DNA from: Psammoneis japonica
Lineage: Eukaryota
Direction of reading: 5' to 3'
Assembly: GCA_008632985.1 (NCBI GenBank)
Contig: QPGO01000034.1
Location: forward strand, 325,311 to 389,310
DNA length: 64,000 nucleotides
The position numbers and the translations under genes are program-made. Positions 1-13,270 of the stretch are shown piece after piece. The stretch's first letter is position 1. Each line of letters starts with the position of its first letter. The notes below the pieces were generated by a model that saw nothing but the letters and a program-made list of their open reading frames with translations, was not told the DNA's origin and searched no databases.

Positions 1-826
1 CTGACAGAGTCGCTCTCGTCAAATGATTGTTTCCTGTCGATTCTACTTTTCATATTCCGCAACTTCTCTGCTTGTCTCAGCAACTTGACCATGAAGGGTT
101 CATCCCCACTTTCTGAGTCTGTGTCGAGATCATAGTGTGGTCGTTGTCTTGATGTGACTAGTTTTGTCGCTCGTTTCTGTGTTTTATCAGAAGATACTTC
201 GGAATGCTGTCAAAGACTGAAGTAGTGTCAGCTTCATCCCGAGTCACAGCCGATTCTGGTGGCTCAGCTTTTGTGGTGGAAAGGCGTTGGTGGCATGACT
301 TTTCTTTGGGTGTGATGCGGGTGAATTCTCAAAAGCAGAGCTGGCGTAGTCCTTGTACTTGTTGACATCAGCGAATGAGCTCTCCGTCGAACTTTCTATG
401 TTAGTTAAGCTTGGCATGTCCTTGTCTCCGTCTTCAATGAGTTGTTGCACTTGTTGGACAACAGAAAGTGACATGTCGCCCGTCGTGCCAACGCGAGTGA
501 CCGTGACAAGTACGAGAGAGCTGCGACTCTTACAATATCAACAAATTGGTATTGATTTGAATAACGTATGACATGAAGCGGTGCGTAGCCGAGAGATTAG
601 TAATTGGTCGTTATCACTTGACACTCGGAACAGCAACATTCTTCGGTGCTTGGCGTTTTTTGTTGTTGTTGAAGAAAGCATGGCGGGAAAGCATGACTTG
701 CAGTCCTGCGACATTCACGACACTTTTCGAAAGAGCGGTAGTCGTAGAATTAGTACTAGAGCCCACGCACGATGGCGGCAAGTTCATTGCATTTTTGTCG
801 ATGTCCTCGTTTCCATATATTTTCAA
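1..826 (-). CDS. Possible partial hypothetical protein running off the left edge; structure unresolved
   Basis: Short Ser/acidic-rich minus-strand frames (614-826, 244-474, and HYDLDTDSESGDEPFMVKLLRQAEKLR near 1-150); no recognisable domain. Confidence 0.25.
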
Positions 827-1190
827 ATATATGTAATAAATAAATTGATAATAGTATATTTAAATAAATTATGTATATTTTAATATAACACTCAACGGGC
901 AATATTGATCGTTGAAACTGATATTCATTATTCAGTGATTTAATTATTTCAAATTTTCTAATTGCTATTTTTAAATAGTAAAGCAGGCCAACTAAAATGA
1001 CGTTTGATTTGATTTTCGCGCGGGAAAGCAACACCAGCGGGTATTCGTGTCGACGCTTTGATACGTGTACGTGAGACGAGAGACGAAGCATCCCGGATCC
1101 CGGTAGCAAAACAATCGAACAACAGCATTGCAACAATTGTGTTGAAAGAAGGACGGGACCTGTGCTAAACTACCGTCGCGTCGTGAAACA

Positions 1191-2601
1191 ATGGCCGGGC
1201 GCTTCGGGCGGAAAGGGATCATCACTAGCTGGAGCGAGAAGGGCTCTAAGAAGAAAAGGGCCGCCCCCAAAGTCGCGGCAGCGCGGAAGATGACGACGAC
1301 GAAGAAGTAGGGGGTTGCCTTGCTTGTCATATCGACGATGATCATCCCAACGTGATTTTATGCGATAAGTGCAACGGTGAATATCATATCTACTGTCTAA
1401 ATCCTCCCCTCACCTCTATTCCATCTGGGGATTGGTTCTGCGGTGAGTTGCGGATATCTTTTTCTGCTGATTTGGCTGAATTTCAATGTACATACCTCAC
1501 ATAAAAATGACACATTATGATTCCTCTGAAACCGGTTTTCATTTCAGAGAAATGCACCGTAACTCCTGACGATAATGACGGCGACGGATTAGACCGTCTG
1601 GTGGATGCCTTGCCACCTGAATTCACATCCCGGTTTGGAGAAATTGTGTGGGCCGCCGGAGGAGTAGGCTTTGGTTGGTGGCCGGCGGCTATATATGACC
1701 CGAGATTGACTGTAGGAAGTGCTCGAGAGTTGGCAAAGAAAAATCTAGGGAAGAAGCACCTGGTGTACTTCTTCGAATGTCACGAAGCTCCCTTTTCAGT
1801 CATGCTTAACTCGAGGCTGACAAAGTGGAATGAGGGTATTGCTGAAGACTACCATCTAGGGAAAACCGCAAGGGCAGCCGGAAAGAACCGATCTCAGAAG
1901 TTTGCGCACGCCCTTCAGTCTGCGATTGTAGAGAATGGCAAGCCAGTCGAGATGCGACTCGACTGGAATCATCAGGAATTGCCGCAGTCAATACCGTCTC
2001 CGCAGAAAAAAAGAAAAGGTCGAGCTCTAACAAGCGTCAGAAGGAGAAACAAGCAGCAAGAAACGTGGACGACAGTCAAGCAGAGACAAAGGCAGAGAAG
2101 AAGAAAAGAGCAAAGACGTCAACTTCAGAGTTCGCTCGTGCTACGCCTAATCGCAGCAACTTAAACTCGGCCCTTGCGTCATTGGCAGCCGCAGCACCGG
2201 CAAACCACATCGAGTCATCGTCAGAAGACGGAGAACTTTTTATCAAGGTTCTAAGGAGGCAGGCAGTGGAGCAATCAGAGACAGTGGAAAGTCTTGGCTT
2301 TGTCAAGCTGCAATCCCGCCTCTCTGCGAGCTTTGCAGACGCAAGAGCTGCAATTGACGAAGAGATTGAAAGCGAATCGCTACCTCAAGGTGCAAGGTGG
2401 AAGTTTTTTGTTCCTAACTTGGGTCCGGTGAGCACAAAACAAGAGAGGAAGGTGGGGCCCCTGCTCGCATTTCTTAGTCAGACGACATCTGATTCGCGAC
2501 TTGGTGATGGTAGCCTTCGCGATCCTCTCAAAGTTTTCATCGAAATCGTGTCACCGGGAAGGGAATCTTTGGATTCAACGTCGTCTCGCGCGTCACGCTA
2601 A
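1191..2601 (+). CDS. PHD finger + PWWP domain chromatin-reader protein (one intron, two apparent frameshifts)
   Basis: Manual translation of about 1315-1442 gives CLACHIDDDHPNVILCDKCNGEYHIYCLNPPLTSIPSGDWFC (PHD). GT..AG intron at about 1443-1547. PWWP-like FGEIVWAAGGVGFGWWPAAIYDP...LVYFF. Frame breaks near 1283 and at the A-run near 2010. Confidence 0.85.
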
Positions 2602-2680
2602 ACACCAGAAGTTGTTAAATACTGTACTTTCTATTTTAAGGGGCAAATTAATCTGAATCGCGTCTGCAATGGTGCAAAAG

Positions 2681-4039
2681 TCAGTAGCTAAAAAACTTCA
2701 ACTCAACAGCTGGTGGATGATCAATTTCGGCTGATACAGGCTGTTCGTTTTCTGGCGCCTCTTTTCGTATCATGTACACAGCCGGGCCAGGGCTGTCACT
2801 AGGCGATTTGCTGTCGTCGTCTTGCGCTGGACCGTCATCAGTGCTATTAATATCTGCCCCGCCGCCCGAGTCGTCGTCGTCGTTAGCGTGAATCTCGATT
2901 TCCCAAGTAGATGAGCCGCCACCAGCCCGCAGACCCGGAACTACTACATCGTCCAACCATCCTAGCCCGCTTTGAGTGTGCGCATTGAGATGCGAGATAA
3001 TCACCAAATAGCCTAAATCAGAATGGTACGCAGAAATGAGCCACTACAAGTTGTTGAATGTGGATGCAATGAGCGCGAATTCTATGTCTCGACTCCTCAC
3101 CTCCAACGGTCAGTACTCGTGCGCATTCAGCCACGATTGAGATACAATTCGAAACCCCATTTTCCTTGTCCGAGAGCATAGCATCGAGAGTACCTTTCTC
3201 GAGCACAAGATTGATTTCGCCCGCGGCGTATGGAAGCTTCCTTGCATCAGCTACAACATATTGAACCTGCAGCTCAGAGTTAGTCTCGCCGTTTTTTCCA
3301 TCGCTACTGGTACCAGTCTTACTGACTGTGTGCTCTTCCTGAGGAGCATCTAATGGCGAAGACATTAGCATCTGAATCACCGTCTCACTGTAATCACAGC
3401 ACACTATTGACTTGACAACGTTTCCTGCCTTTTCACCGGTTTCTGTTTCCATTTTTAACATGTCCCTTGCGATTTCTTTCCCCAATGGCACGTCGCCGCA
3501 TCCCACTTCCAAAATAGATATGGGTCCATTTTTGGCTAGCCCTTCCCGTTCTCCCGTCACGTCTACCTCTTCATCACTGTCGTAAACGTTCACGTCAGTA
3601 CTCTCTGCTGTTTTTGGATCTTGAACCTTTCTCGATTCAGAGTTTGTATTTTCCTTTTCCTTGCTCTCGTTTACTGATGGCAGTTTATCTTCCGTCGCTT
3701 CCTCGCCGCATTTCTTGGAAGAAATCTCTTCTTCATTGTTTGAGTCCGTCTCATCCCCCACACTTGCATCACCCATGATTCCCTCCATCGCCTCGCTCCC
3801 GAGTATCAACGGCAACAAAAGTGGTCTCAGTTCGTCATAGGTAAAGTACCACGAGTGAAAAGGCAGAGCGTCACTCTCACTGAGAGTTTCGCCATCCGCT
3901 GTGTAATCCTTGTTTTTCTTGTATCGATCTTCCCAGTATTCTCTAGAACCATATGATGGAGCTGCGTTGTTTTCGGACTAGACTCATCCGATGATGATTC
4001 ACTCTCGGTTCGGCGTCTCTTTGCAGCTGACGCTTTCAT
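2681..4039 (-). CDS. Class I SAM-dependent methyltransferase, EEF1AKMT4/METTL13-N-like
   Basis: PSYGSREYWEDRY (about 3920-3960), FHSWYFTYDELRP, ILEVGCGD, VADARKLPY, LEKGTLDAML. Probable short intron near 3015-3100 and a frameshift near 3970. Confidence 0.85.
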
Positions 4040-4522
4040 CCTTTGAAGAGGGCTTGTAACAAACGTTTAATCAAAAGGATTCAGAAGGCAGCATCCCCAA
4101 TCCCAGCAAAACAAACAACATCCGACCGCGCAATCGCCAATCCACAATTAACCTCAACACTAAACACTTCGCCGGCTCCATTGGCTACAGGCGTTGAATC
4201 TCTGAGGATGTCGTCGACGACTTGGGTACGGTCGCGACTTCGCTTTTTCCTTGTTGCTTGATGCTGTGTTGCTGTCCAGTTGTTTTGTTCCGTGTTGCCG
4301 TGTGCGTGTTGTTGGTTGTTGGTTGTTGTGTGTTGTGCACGCCGCGTTCGTGTCACGAGTCGTCGCGATTGGCGGGACTGGATGATTTCTTCATCACTCC
4401 ATCATCCATCTTACAGTATCACCACGCACTGCCGCTTTTCTGTTCGAGCGAACAAGACACTGCAAGCACCACTGCTTTTTCCTTTGTCTCTATTCGTTTA
4501 CGAGGCAAGAATAGGAGAGATC

Positions 4523-4774
4523 ATGCTTGGTTCAAATGTCTTGTTCAAGGCTTGTTGGTCTTCAAACAAGTGGTGGATAGCAACTAGTGTAGGAAGACGA
4601 ACCGTCTGGCATGGCTGCTATGCGGATGCGGCACGAGCAGAGGAAATTGCTAGCGACATTAAATTTCTTGTGGCTCGTTTGAAAGAGCTCAAGGAAAAAC
4701 TACGTGACACCGAATCAGGATTGAAGGAATTGAAGCAGAAATACAATGAGGTAACGGGGGAAGACTACGACTGA
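4523..4774 (+). CDS. Small hypothetical coiled-coil protein
   Basis: The 3' part of ORF 4280-4774 has heptad-like LVARLKELKEKLRDTESGLKELKQKY; start codon uncertain. Confidence 0.4.
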   Translation: MLGSNVLFKACWSSNKWWIATSVGRRTVWHGCYADAARAEEIASDIKFLVARLKELKEKLRDTESGLKELKQKYNEVTGEDYD

Positions 4775-4921
4775 ATTCCCAGAAAAAGTCGTACTGTGAA
4801 GGCAACCCATGAAATATCCTCAAAAGTCGACAACCGAAAGACATATTGTAATTTCAACCGATGGTCACAAAGATCGGATGATCTATTATTTAGACACACT
4901 ACTACCATGGATCTAATCCAA

Positions 4922-6026
4922 TCAGCCGACGACCCAACTTTGAGAATTCATATTGCACATCTTCTGGTGTTCCTTGCTTAGGGGATTATCAGTGTCTAGT
5001 TTTGTCCACTGATCCGTCGGCGGTTGTCGTCTTTTCCATTTCAACAGTTGATTGCCCACATACTCTCGGTTTAGTTGTACATTCGGCAGAAAGGAACAGT
5101 ACACAACGGATCTGGGATGCATTCCATCGTTCCGATAGGCATTGGCGTGAGGAATTCGGTTGTCCCACAACACGGCACTCCCTGCCCTCACGGCAACGTG
5201 CTGGATCCGATTCATTACCTCTCGATCCTCTACTGGCCGAATATGTGTATATTCCCCTACACAAGGTGGAGGGAACGATATTGTCTCCCCTCTCTTGGTG
5301 ATTCTCGTGGGCTGCCTTGACTCTGCCCATGTATCGAATTCTCTGTGAAATTTTGGTGCCGCTTCGAATCCCCCAGTGTTCTTTTCCAGATTATCCGTCA
5401 ATGATACAAAACACTGGATCGGTCTCCACTTTGTTTTGCCTGAGAAGAAGTTTTCGGGACAGCAATCAAGATGAGGCGTCAGGCATCGTTGAATTGGTTT
5501 AATTTTTGACTTGTTTGTATTCTCGTCAACACTGTGAGCAATTCTCTGCGCCATTTCAGTTGGAAGTCGGTATCCAATACGATCAATATAGGCGTAGCCT
5601 TCATTGGGATCGAACGCTCCGTACGGATGCCACTTGAAAGCTTTATCGTGATCTTTCAAGTCATCTCTCGTTTCCCCGTCATGGCAGTACGCAGCTTCCC
5701 ACAACTGACAAGTGACATGAAAGAGACGAGGATTTGTCGCTATATCCATCTTCCATCCCGGATAGAAAATATCTAAGACTCCGCCACTCCCATTCGTAGA
5801 GCTCAATTTCTGAAGCGCATATCCCGTTCGTTCCAGGTCGTTCGTGTCAACGCCGTGATGTTGCAGAGTCCTTGCCAAGCCAAGTCGAGCGTCTTTTATC
5901 TGTTCGGCATTCAACACATTCTCAACCACCAGAATCCCGTTTTCGATGAAATCACTGACTTGAGCCTTTGTGAGAAAGAGCTTGTCGTTCTCCCTCGTCC
6001 TCGAAAGCGCTGTTTGTCATCGCCAT
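4922..6026 (-). CDS. PhyH-like 2-oxoglutarate/Fe(II) dioxygenase
   Basis: HxD (TPHLD), PIQCFVSLTD, GGFEAAPKFH, AGSAVLWDNRIPHAN; N-terminal LTKAQVSDFIENGILVV. The ATG at 6026 joins via an apparent frameshift near 5975. Confidence 0.8.
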
Positions 6027-6225
6027 TTTCCTGGATTTCTGGCTGGGGTCGAAAGCTCAATCGCGCGTGGGGCTGCGCGACCACATACCGGTAGGCACAA
6101 GAACCTTGGTATTCAGTATGTGCGGTACATACGCATTCGTAGTACGAGCTCCTCGTAGGTGAATCAATCGGAACTGTTGCCGCTGTCACGGACGCGACGT
6201 CAAATAAAAATCTACCTACTCCACA

Positions 6226-6873
6226 ATGACACCGCCAGACACAATGAATACCACCTCAAGCTCCGAACGATCAAAACTAGCAAGAGACATGGAGATGAGA
6301 GGTAAGTGCACTTGTTATGAAAATGCGCTACTGTTCTTGAGTAGATGGCGAATGATCGGGACGTTGTTTTGTTCGCGCGATCTTGTGGCCGGTGTCGGTG
6401 TCGAGTTCGATTTTCGATTGCTAACACCGCATATTTTTCTCCTTGTAGCATCCCATATGCCGTACAGGGTAGCCATATTGGCAGCCATCGAATCGCTCCA
6501 CGATTTCCAGACACGATCGTCTGTTGACTCCATACGAAAATTTGTGAAATCAAACCTTCCGCCGGAAGTTGATTACAACAACAACTTGTTTCTGACAACT
6601 CTCCGGCAAGCAATCCAAGAAGGAGAACTTGAGCGTAACGCCTCTTTTTGTAATTTCTCGCAATCAATGAAACTGAAAAGAACCGACGAAATAGTGACGT
6701 TGTTGGAGAAGAAGCAAACAATCCCATCTAGTTCCAACCGAGATCCGGACTTTGCCGAAAAGGACGAACGCAAGGACGCAACATTGAAAAAGACGGTCCA
6801 CTCGAAAGCAAAGATCACTCCAAAAAAGGTATTGGACAAAGCAAGTATCAAGAATCCAATGGAAACCATCTGA
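6226..6873 (+). CDS. Linker histone H1/H15 winged-helix domain protein
   Basis: MPYRVAILAAIESL...SSVDSIRKFVKSN...FLTTLRQAIQEGELE, followed by a Lys-rich tail; in-frame GTAAGT..TAG intron at 6302-6448. Confidence 0.7.
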   Translation: MTPPDTMNTTSSSERSKLARDMEMRGKCTCYENALLFLSRWRMIGTLFCSRDLVAGVGVEFDFRLLTPHIFLLVASHMPYRVAILAAIESLHDFQTRSSVDSIRKFVKSNLPPEVDYNNNLFLTTLRQAIQEGELERNASFCNFSQSMKLKRTDEIVTLLEKKQTIPSSSNRDPDFAEKDERKDATLKKTVHSKAKITPKKVLDKASIKNPMETI

Positions 6874-7097
6874 CTATACTTCACTGTGGGGGTTGTATGA
6901 AAACAGGGTTTGACTATGGATGTGGGAGCTTCAGGGTTGCAGCTCAATGAATACCGGTGGCATCAGCATCTCTCGACTTCGCCAGGGGATCACGATGGCT
7001 TCTTACGGTTACCTCTATGGCCTGAGTCGTTGCTAGGAATCTATACTATGAGTTGTAGACGATATTAGAGAACTCATGTTGTGACAAAGCCATGCTG

Positions 7098-8450
7098 TTA
7101 CGACGTAGTCACTATGTGGTTCGCATTGGAGTTTCCAAACAATGCTCTACTACCGGCTGCGCTCTGAAACATGAGACAATGATCGTGAGGCACGCCTTTT
7201 GCAACCAAACGCTCGTGAACTTCTTTTCCGTATGTTTCTTTCATGGAAGAAAAGAAGCGCTCACTCCGTTCTCGTCGCGTTGCTCCCTGGAAGTCGTCAT
7301 CTTCGCAAGACGAGTGGAGTGGCTCAACATCAAGGTTGCCAGCCAAGTACACAACGTCTCGCGACTTGTATCTTTGGACCAAGCGTTCTCGACCGTCCGC
7401 TTCAGCGATTGCTCGATCTTTGTAGGGAGTAACGAGTCTACCCCCATCGTCCAAGCCCCACTCCCATTGATTGTAGCCTGGGCATGCAGATATCGCACGG
7501 CGGCTCGGACTGACAAGACTGCCATTGACGTATCGTCTCCCATCCAGATAGCAAAAAGAACAAGGGTTTGCTGCAACAACACGAATGGGCAGGATTCTTT
7601 TTGAGGTGTTAGTGACATCATCGCCCCACGCTAGACTGTTGGGTGTCAGCGTCCATCGATGTGTCAAAAGCAAGTATTTCCAACAACGTATCCATTGCAT
7701 CATGGGAGCTAACGTTGGCGTTAATGGCGTCCGCTCCGTATCGCCATGTATGTGCAATAGGATGCCTTTCATTCCATCTCAGAACCTCGAAATCACTCCC
7801 AGATATCGGGTTTGGGTCACTTCAGCAAGAAAGCGAGGAGCAAGAACCAAAACCGAGGCTGGGTCCAAGTATTTCGGGATAGAAGAAGTTGCGCAGCAGA
7901 AAAGTCGTCCGCGTTACGACCCGCCCATGAATAACAATGAAAGCAATGCGAGCATGCGCTTGCTACCGGAGTGCCTCTGAACTTTTGGAGTCGATGGATT
8001 GCATCGTGGAGTAATAAGCAAGACGTAAATTCTGAATGTGCTCCGCATCGATTGTTTGTTGGACCATTAAGCCATGAACTTGTAAAAGTGAGTCATTCCG
8101 TACACTGCAAAGTTTGTATCTTGGGAGAATCTTGGGAGATTCTGTTTGGTTTTGTAGCACACAAACGGGCCTGAGTTTTCCGTCGATTCTTCCACATTGG
8201 TATCCTGGCCCACATCCTGCCATCCCTGCATTTTTATCGTCATCACAACAGACGGCGGACCCCGAATGGTCTGGCTTTTGCTTACCCGTAAGGCGGGAGG
8301 ATTTTTCGTGGAGAGTCGGACAGCATGTGTTATAGTCGGGACAAACATCTCCTCCTGGGCAGGTAACCAGTAACCACGGAAAGAACTCGCACAGTGAACA
8401 GGCAACACCGTCAAAAGAGTTGCAGTAAGACATGCCAAATTCAACAATCC
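7098..8450 (-). pseudogene. Cys-rich (granulin-like) N-terminus + alpha/beta-hydrolase, disrupted
   Basis: CPGGDVCPDYNTCC..CCDD..CGPGYQC; IVIHG/AGRNADDF; VVAANP; CPGYNQWEWGL; QGATRRERS; GVPHDH. In-frame TAG at 7963-7965, frameshifts, and no GxSxG segment visible. Confidence 0.6.
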
Positions 8451-8774
8451 ATATCTCCAAATTGACATCTTCGAAAAAATGATCGTATGTTACGACAGAA
8501 CTCCAAGCTACAGACTGTGGACTGTTGTGGGTTGTGGATGTCATCACTCACACAGCGGCGACACTCTCCATGGTGAGGCCTACCGGGGCTGTATGCATCG
8601 ACCGCGCTGGTGCTTCGCACACCTACCGGTACGTACGTACAGTAGGGCCCTACCCAGCCTGCTGTGGCACACCCGCCCCGGGGCAACTGTCGACCGACGG
8701 ACAGACATAGGCTGAGCGAGTAGTTCGTCCGTCCGTCTACTAGCCCTGCCGGTGTGGACACCGGTGCTCCACAT

Positions 8775-8870
8775 GGGGCCTGCTCTCTACTCTGCTAGTT
8801 AGTGCTGTAGTTCTACTCTCTCTCTACTAGCTGCTGGTAGAGAGTGTCTGCTCTAGAGCATTCAAATCTA
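8775..8870. repeat. CTAG/CTAC/TAG-rich low-complexity tract at the left border of transposon block 1
   Basis: ctctactctgctagttagtgctgtagttctactctctctctactagctgctggtagagagtgtctgctctagag. Confidence 0.7.
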
Positions 8871-10149
8871 CCTCAATTGTTGAGGCAAGCGAAACGTGCC
8901 ACAGACAGAAAATGACATGCTGCTTTGGCAAACAACACAAGAGAAGATGGCATCAATCCCGTTGCATGCGCAAAGCAGTCTCTGCAACAACAATGAAGCC
9001 ATTTCAGTGCTTGCAACACCTTGCTTCACATGAACAATGTGCTTGCCAGCACCAAATTTGAATCTTGAGATCCACAAATTAGCCACAAACATGGGGGGAT
9101 GCAAGAGTGTCCCATCACACTCACAAAAACTCTTTGTTGACACACCTTCGACCACCACATCATCTGGCATTTGATGCACGTCAACACATCATGTGCTTGA
9201 CATTGTTGATTGTTGTGTTTTGGTGACATGAATTGACACAAAGATTGGTGATCTTGGTCATTTGTTGCGACAGCAACTCTGATGCTGCGATCGCAAAAAA
9301 TGCTCCTTGAAAGCTTCGCGCACAATGCAGCAAGCTTCTCTTGTGTGGAGAAGACATCCAGCTGTGCACACAGCACACATTTTCCAATGTTGTAGACTCA
9401 AATTTTTGAGGTGCCATTTTTTTGTGTTTTGTGCTTGAACCCTCCTTTTTTCTCAACTGTTGCCTCAATTTCGAGACTCGGACCACCATGACAAGGTTGT
9501 CCTTCTTGTGTTTCATGATTTTGTTTGAAGGTGGATTGTTGAGAGAGTCCCAGAGTTTGTAAAATGGTGGTTGCATCATTGTCAAAGTCCCAAAATTCAC
9601 ATGTTTTTGGCATGTGCATGTTTGCATGCCAACAAGGTGAAGAAAAAAATGTGTGGTCGATTGCAAATGAAGAGCCAAGTCATTGCCCCAAGAGGTTTAA
9701 AAGCATGGAGAACAACACTCCGATGTCACTTAAGGGCTGCAAAGGTTTCAGAGCCCTGCTTCAGTGATTTGGCAAGGGAGGTCAAGAAACCACCTCAATT
9801 GAGGTTTTTGTCTCAACTGAGGTGCTTGGTGGACTCTGGCCAGCTGGACACCACTGGCTGGGGCCCGGGATGTGGGGTTCCATGGTTCCACATGGAAATT
9901 TGTGAGGCAGAAGTGACAATTGCGGTGCTCACACACACACACTGCAGCATCATGGGTGTGCCATGCAGATGGTTGCTGCAATGGTTTTTTTATTTTCATG
10001 GACTGGAGCACCATCAACAAAGCAGCCAATCAACACAGAATGGCTGGGGCACAGATGATGGCCAGCCAAGCACACCATGGGAGTGTGTGGAGTTGTTGAA
10101 TGGCTCCAGAGGTGGTGAGTTCAAGACCATGCCAGCTGCTCAAGATGCA

Positions 10150-10720
10150 AGGAAGAGAATGAGGATGCCTGCCATTCAGCAGCCACAGCCAAATGGAGCA
10201 CAAACTCTTGCACAAACACATCAAGTGGATTGAAAAGAATGATGCATCCTTGGGTTTGGCCAAGGCCATGCAAGTTCATCTGCATGTGTGGCATGAGAAC
10301 AGACAGCTTCTGGTGAAAGCAGATCCCTTTTCCAGTCCTGCACTGTGCAAAGCAATCAGAGCCCAACACATCGTTGGGTGGGACAGGCTCTTGGAAAGCT
10401 GCGTGGCCAAAGAATGGGTGATCCTGCAAAATGAACACTTTCGACTAAGAGCCTCCAGGAAGACCAGTGCCAAATGGGCAAGACAATGGATCAAACAACT
10501 GTTGGATGCACCGCAGTGCCTCTGGAAGCACCGCAACAATGCAATCATCCACAACTGAGCAAACAGGCCATGTGGGAACTTGACACACATGCAAGTCATC
10601 GCTTTTCTTGTGGCCGTGAAAATTTGTTGACACACTTTGCTGCCCATTTTCAGGGGCATCTTGTTGCCCTGCTGTCCAAGGACCACACCTGCAAGTGACC
10701 ATGGCTTGCAAATGTTGTTG
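10150..10720 (+). mobile_element. Non-LTR retrotransposon C-terminal fragment (degenerate)
   Basis: AQHIVGWDRLLESCVAKEWVILQNEHF...KWARQWIKQLL...LWKHRNNAIIH resembles the Q..IGW...W...Q...W..RN...H C-terminal motif of stramenopile LINE ORFs, also seen near 57.4-57.7 kb. Confidence 0.6.
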
Positions 10721-13189
10721 CCGCATGCCAACGCCAATGAAGGACATTGGGAGATGGCATCCAATTACAAGTGAAAAGGGCAATGCTGTGCAAATGGGTT
10801 GTGGCACTGCCACAAATCAACAAACCCCAGAGAAAAGCACCAATGACAATGCCTCACCTTGTCCACAATGTTGTTGCTCACAGAAACAGGAGGACAAAAA
10901 CAGCATGTGTTCAAGGATTCTGCCACCAACTCTGATCACATGCAATGGATTTCAAGTTTGGTTTTGAAAGTTGTCAGCTGTGATGGGGACCTGTTCCATT
11001 GAAGCTGGAAAACCAATGGCTCTGTTCTTCCAGCCATGTGGCACCCTGCACTTGGGCCCCACACATGCAGGTCAACTGACACAAATGCTCCTTGATTGAC
11101 ATCAAGTGTGTCTTGTTCCATTGCACCCCTTTAGATGATGGTCTGGAGCATTTCTCTGTGAAGTCCTGTGACCAGCCAGCTGAAAGAAGCCTGCAAAGGG
11201 TGCTGGCACTGACTGGCAATCATTGTGTTGATTGATTGGTTGTTGAACTCCATCAAGGAGATAAAAAGACAGAAGACCCAGACATGATGGTGCCTTCCCA
11301 TGGGGGAAGCCAGAGTCATTGGGCTCATGTCAAGGCCTGTGGCAGGGCAGATGCAAGTTGATGACTGATGACAGAAGTGCACAAAGAGATGGCACAACAG
11401 AACTTTGAGATGACAGCAGAGCACATGTCCACCACTGCGAAGATGTTCTCCATTCACAACAATTTCAGGGGAGCATCTGAAATTGAGCATCAAACCAGCA
11501 AAGCTCACAAGCAGACCAAAGAACATTGGCAAACTGTTGGAAGCTGAGCCTCCTTGAGGCAAGGCACAGCATGATGTTGTCCATGGCAACCCAGCAGCAA
11601 TGAAGAGTGTGCATCAAAGACAGGTGCATTGCCGATGGATCATCAGGCAACAAGTTGTTGCAGCTGGCCCTGAGCAAGAGTGGCACTCATGACCTGTGTG
11701 GGAAGTCAAATGTTTGTTTGCCTGCCTGTGGCATGGACAAGAATGGGGCATGTGGAGCCCTCACCAACCTCATTGAAACCTTAGATGGTGACATTGTCAC
11801 AACTTGTTTTTGCAAGGGACAATGATGGTGGCGTCATTTGTGACATGCAGAAAGTGGTGTTGTTCTTCCACCATGAATTTTCACCTGCATGGAAATCACA
11901 TGAGTGGCTCTGCAGAGACTTGGAGTTCTTTGATTTGACTCTCAAGGCAACCAATGGTTGGATTGTGAATCTGATCTGTTTGTGACACATTGCACACTCA
12001 TTTGATGTGTGATTGATTGTTCTGTTGTGATGGGCGGTGCACCAGCTTTCACACTGCCGATTTGAAGGATGGCAGCAAAGAGGCATGTGAGGGAATCATT
12101 GCCCCTCCAGACCAGCCAGGTCAATCTGGCTGGAAGAACATCATTGCAAGTGGCAGGAGTGTGTTAGAGCATCCAGATTGTGGCAAATGTGAGAAACCCA
12201 GACATGTTGAAAAGAAGATGTTGAAGCTCCTGACATTGTGGATTTGGCAACTCTTTGCCAATCTCACTCACCTTTCAGCTCATCTCACTCTTTGGATGAG
12301 TGAGTCATCTGGGTCATTGAGCACCTGTTGTGCTGCATGTTTGAAGTTTAAGTGAGTGATCTGGGTCACTTGGTGCCTGTTGCATTGCATGTTTGAAGTT
12401 TGTGTCAACAACTTCCAGGCAAATGGGCAAACCATGGCTGCCAAAGTGGCCAGGGCAAGTGCAACAAGCAGCACAGGAAGCCTTGCGGGTTCCCTTTTGG
12501 CAACATTGACTTGCTGGTTCAACATGCTGAAGCTGTTGTTGGTTGCTTTGGCAAAAATTTCAGAGGTGTCACTCATTTTGGCAAATCTGCAGTGCTGCTC
12601 AAACAGTGTCTGCTTGTGTTCTCATGAAATTGGCTGATTTAGAAGCAGCTCAAAGACACAGACTGCACCCAGCTGCCACTGCTTTCTCCTTTTTTCTGTG
12701 TGCCAGCACTGCCAATTGCAACAAACACATCAAATCAGAGGTCTTTGAAATGCAAAAGGCTGCACAACAAAAAAAAGGATGAGTTGGGTGATTTAAAACC
12801 ACTGTGCAAAAGTTTGTCTGTCACTGCTCCTTTTGAGGCAGCCATCTGAAAGCCCGTGGTTCAAACAAACAACTTGTTCTGTGTTCTTAAAAAAAAACTT
12901 CTGTTTTGTGTGATGTGCTGCCTGTCAATGCATTAGATGGAATGAAAAAAGATTGCACCAAAAAGCAGAAATGTGCACAATTGCCACATGCCAGCTGATT
13001 TGGAGCCACTCACAACAAATTGTCTGTCACTGCCCCTTTCAAATCATGCCATTTGGGTGAAATTCAAAGGTGCAGCTTGCTTGCAGTTCTTGCAATGTCT
13101 CTTTGGTTGTTCATTGAAACCCCAAAAGCCATGCAGTTGCATCATCATCATCACCCACATCACCCACATTGTCCATGTCATCCATGTCA

Positions 13190-13270
13190 TCCACAACAAT
13201 GACAACAACAATGACAACAAAACAACTGCAGCAACAACAGCAGCAACAACAACAACAACAAAACAACAAT
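13190..13270. repeat. Imperfect (CAA/CAG)n microsatellite
   Basis: cacaacaatgacaacaacaatgacaacaaaacaactgcagcaacaacagcagcaacaacaacaacaaca. Confidence 0.8.
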
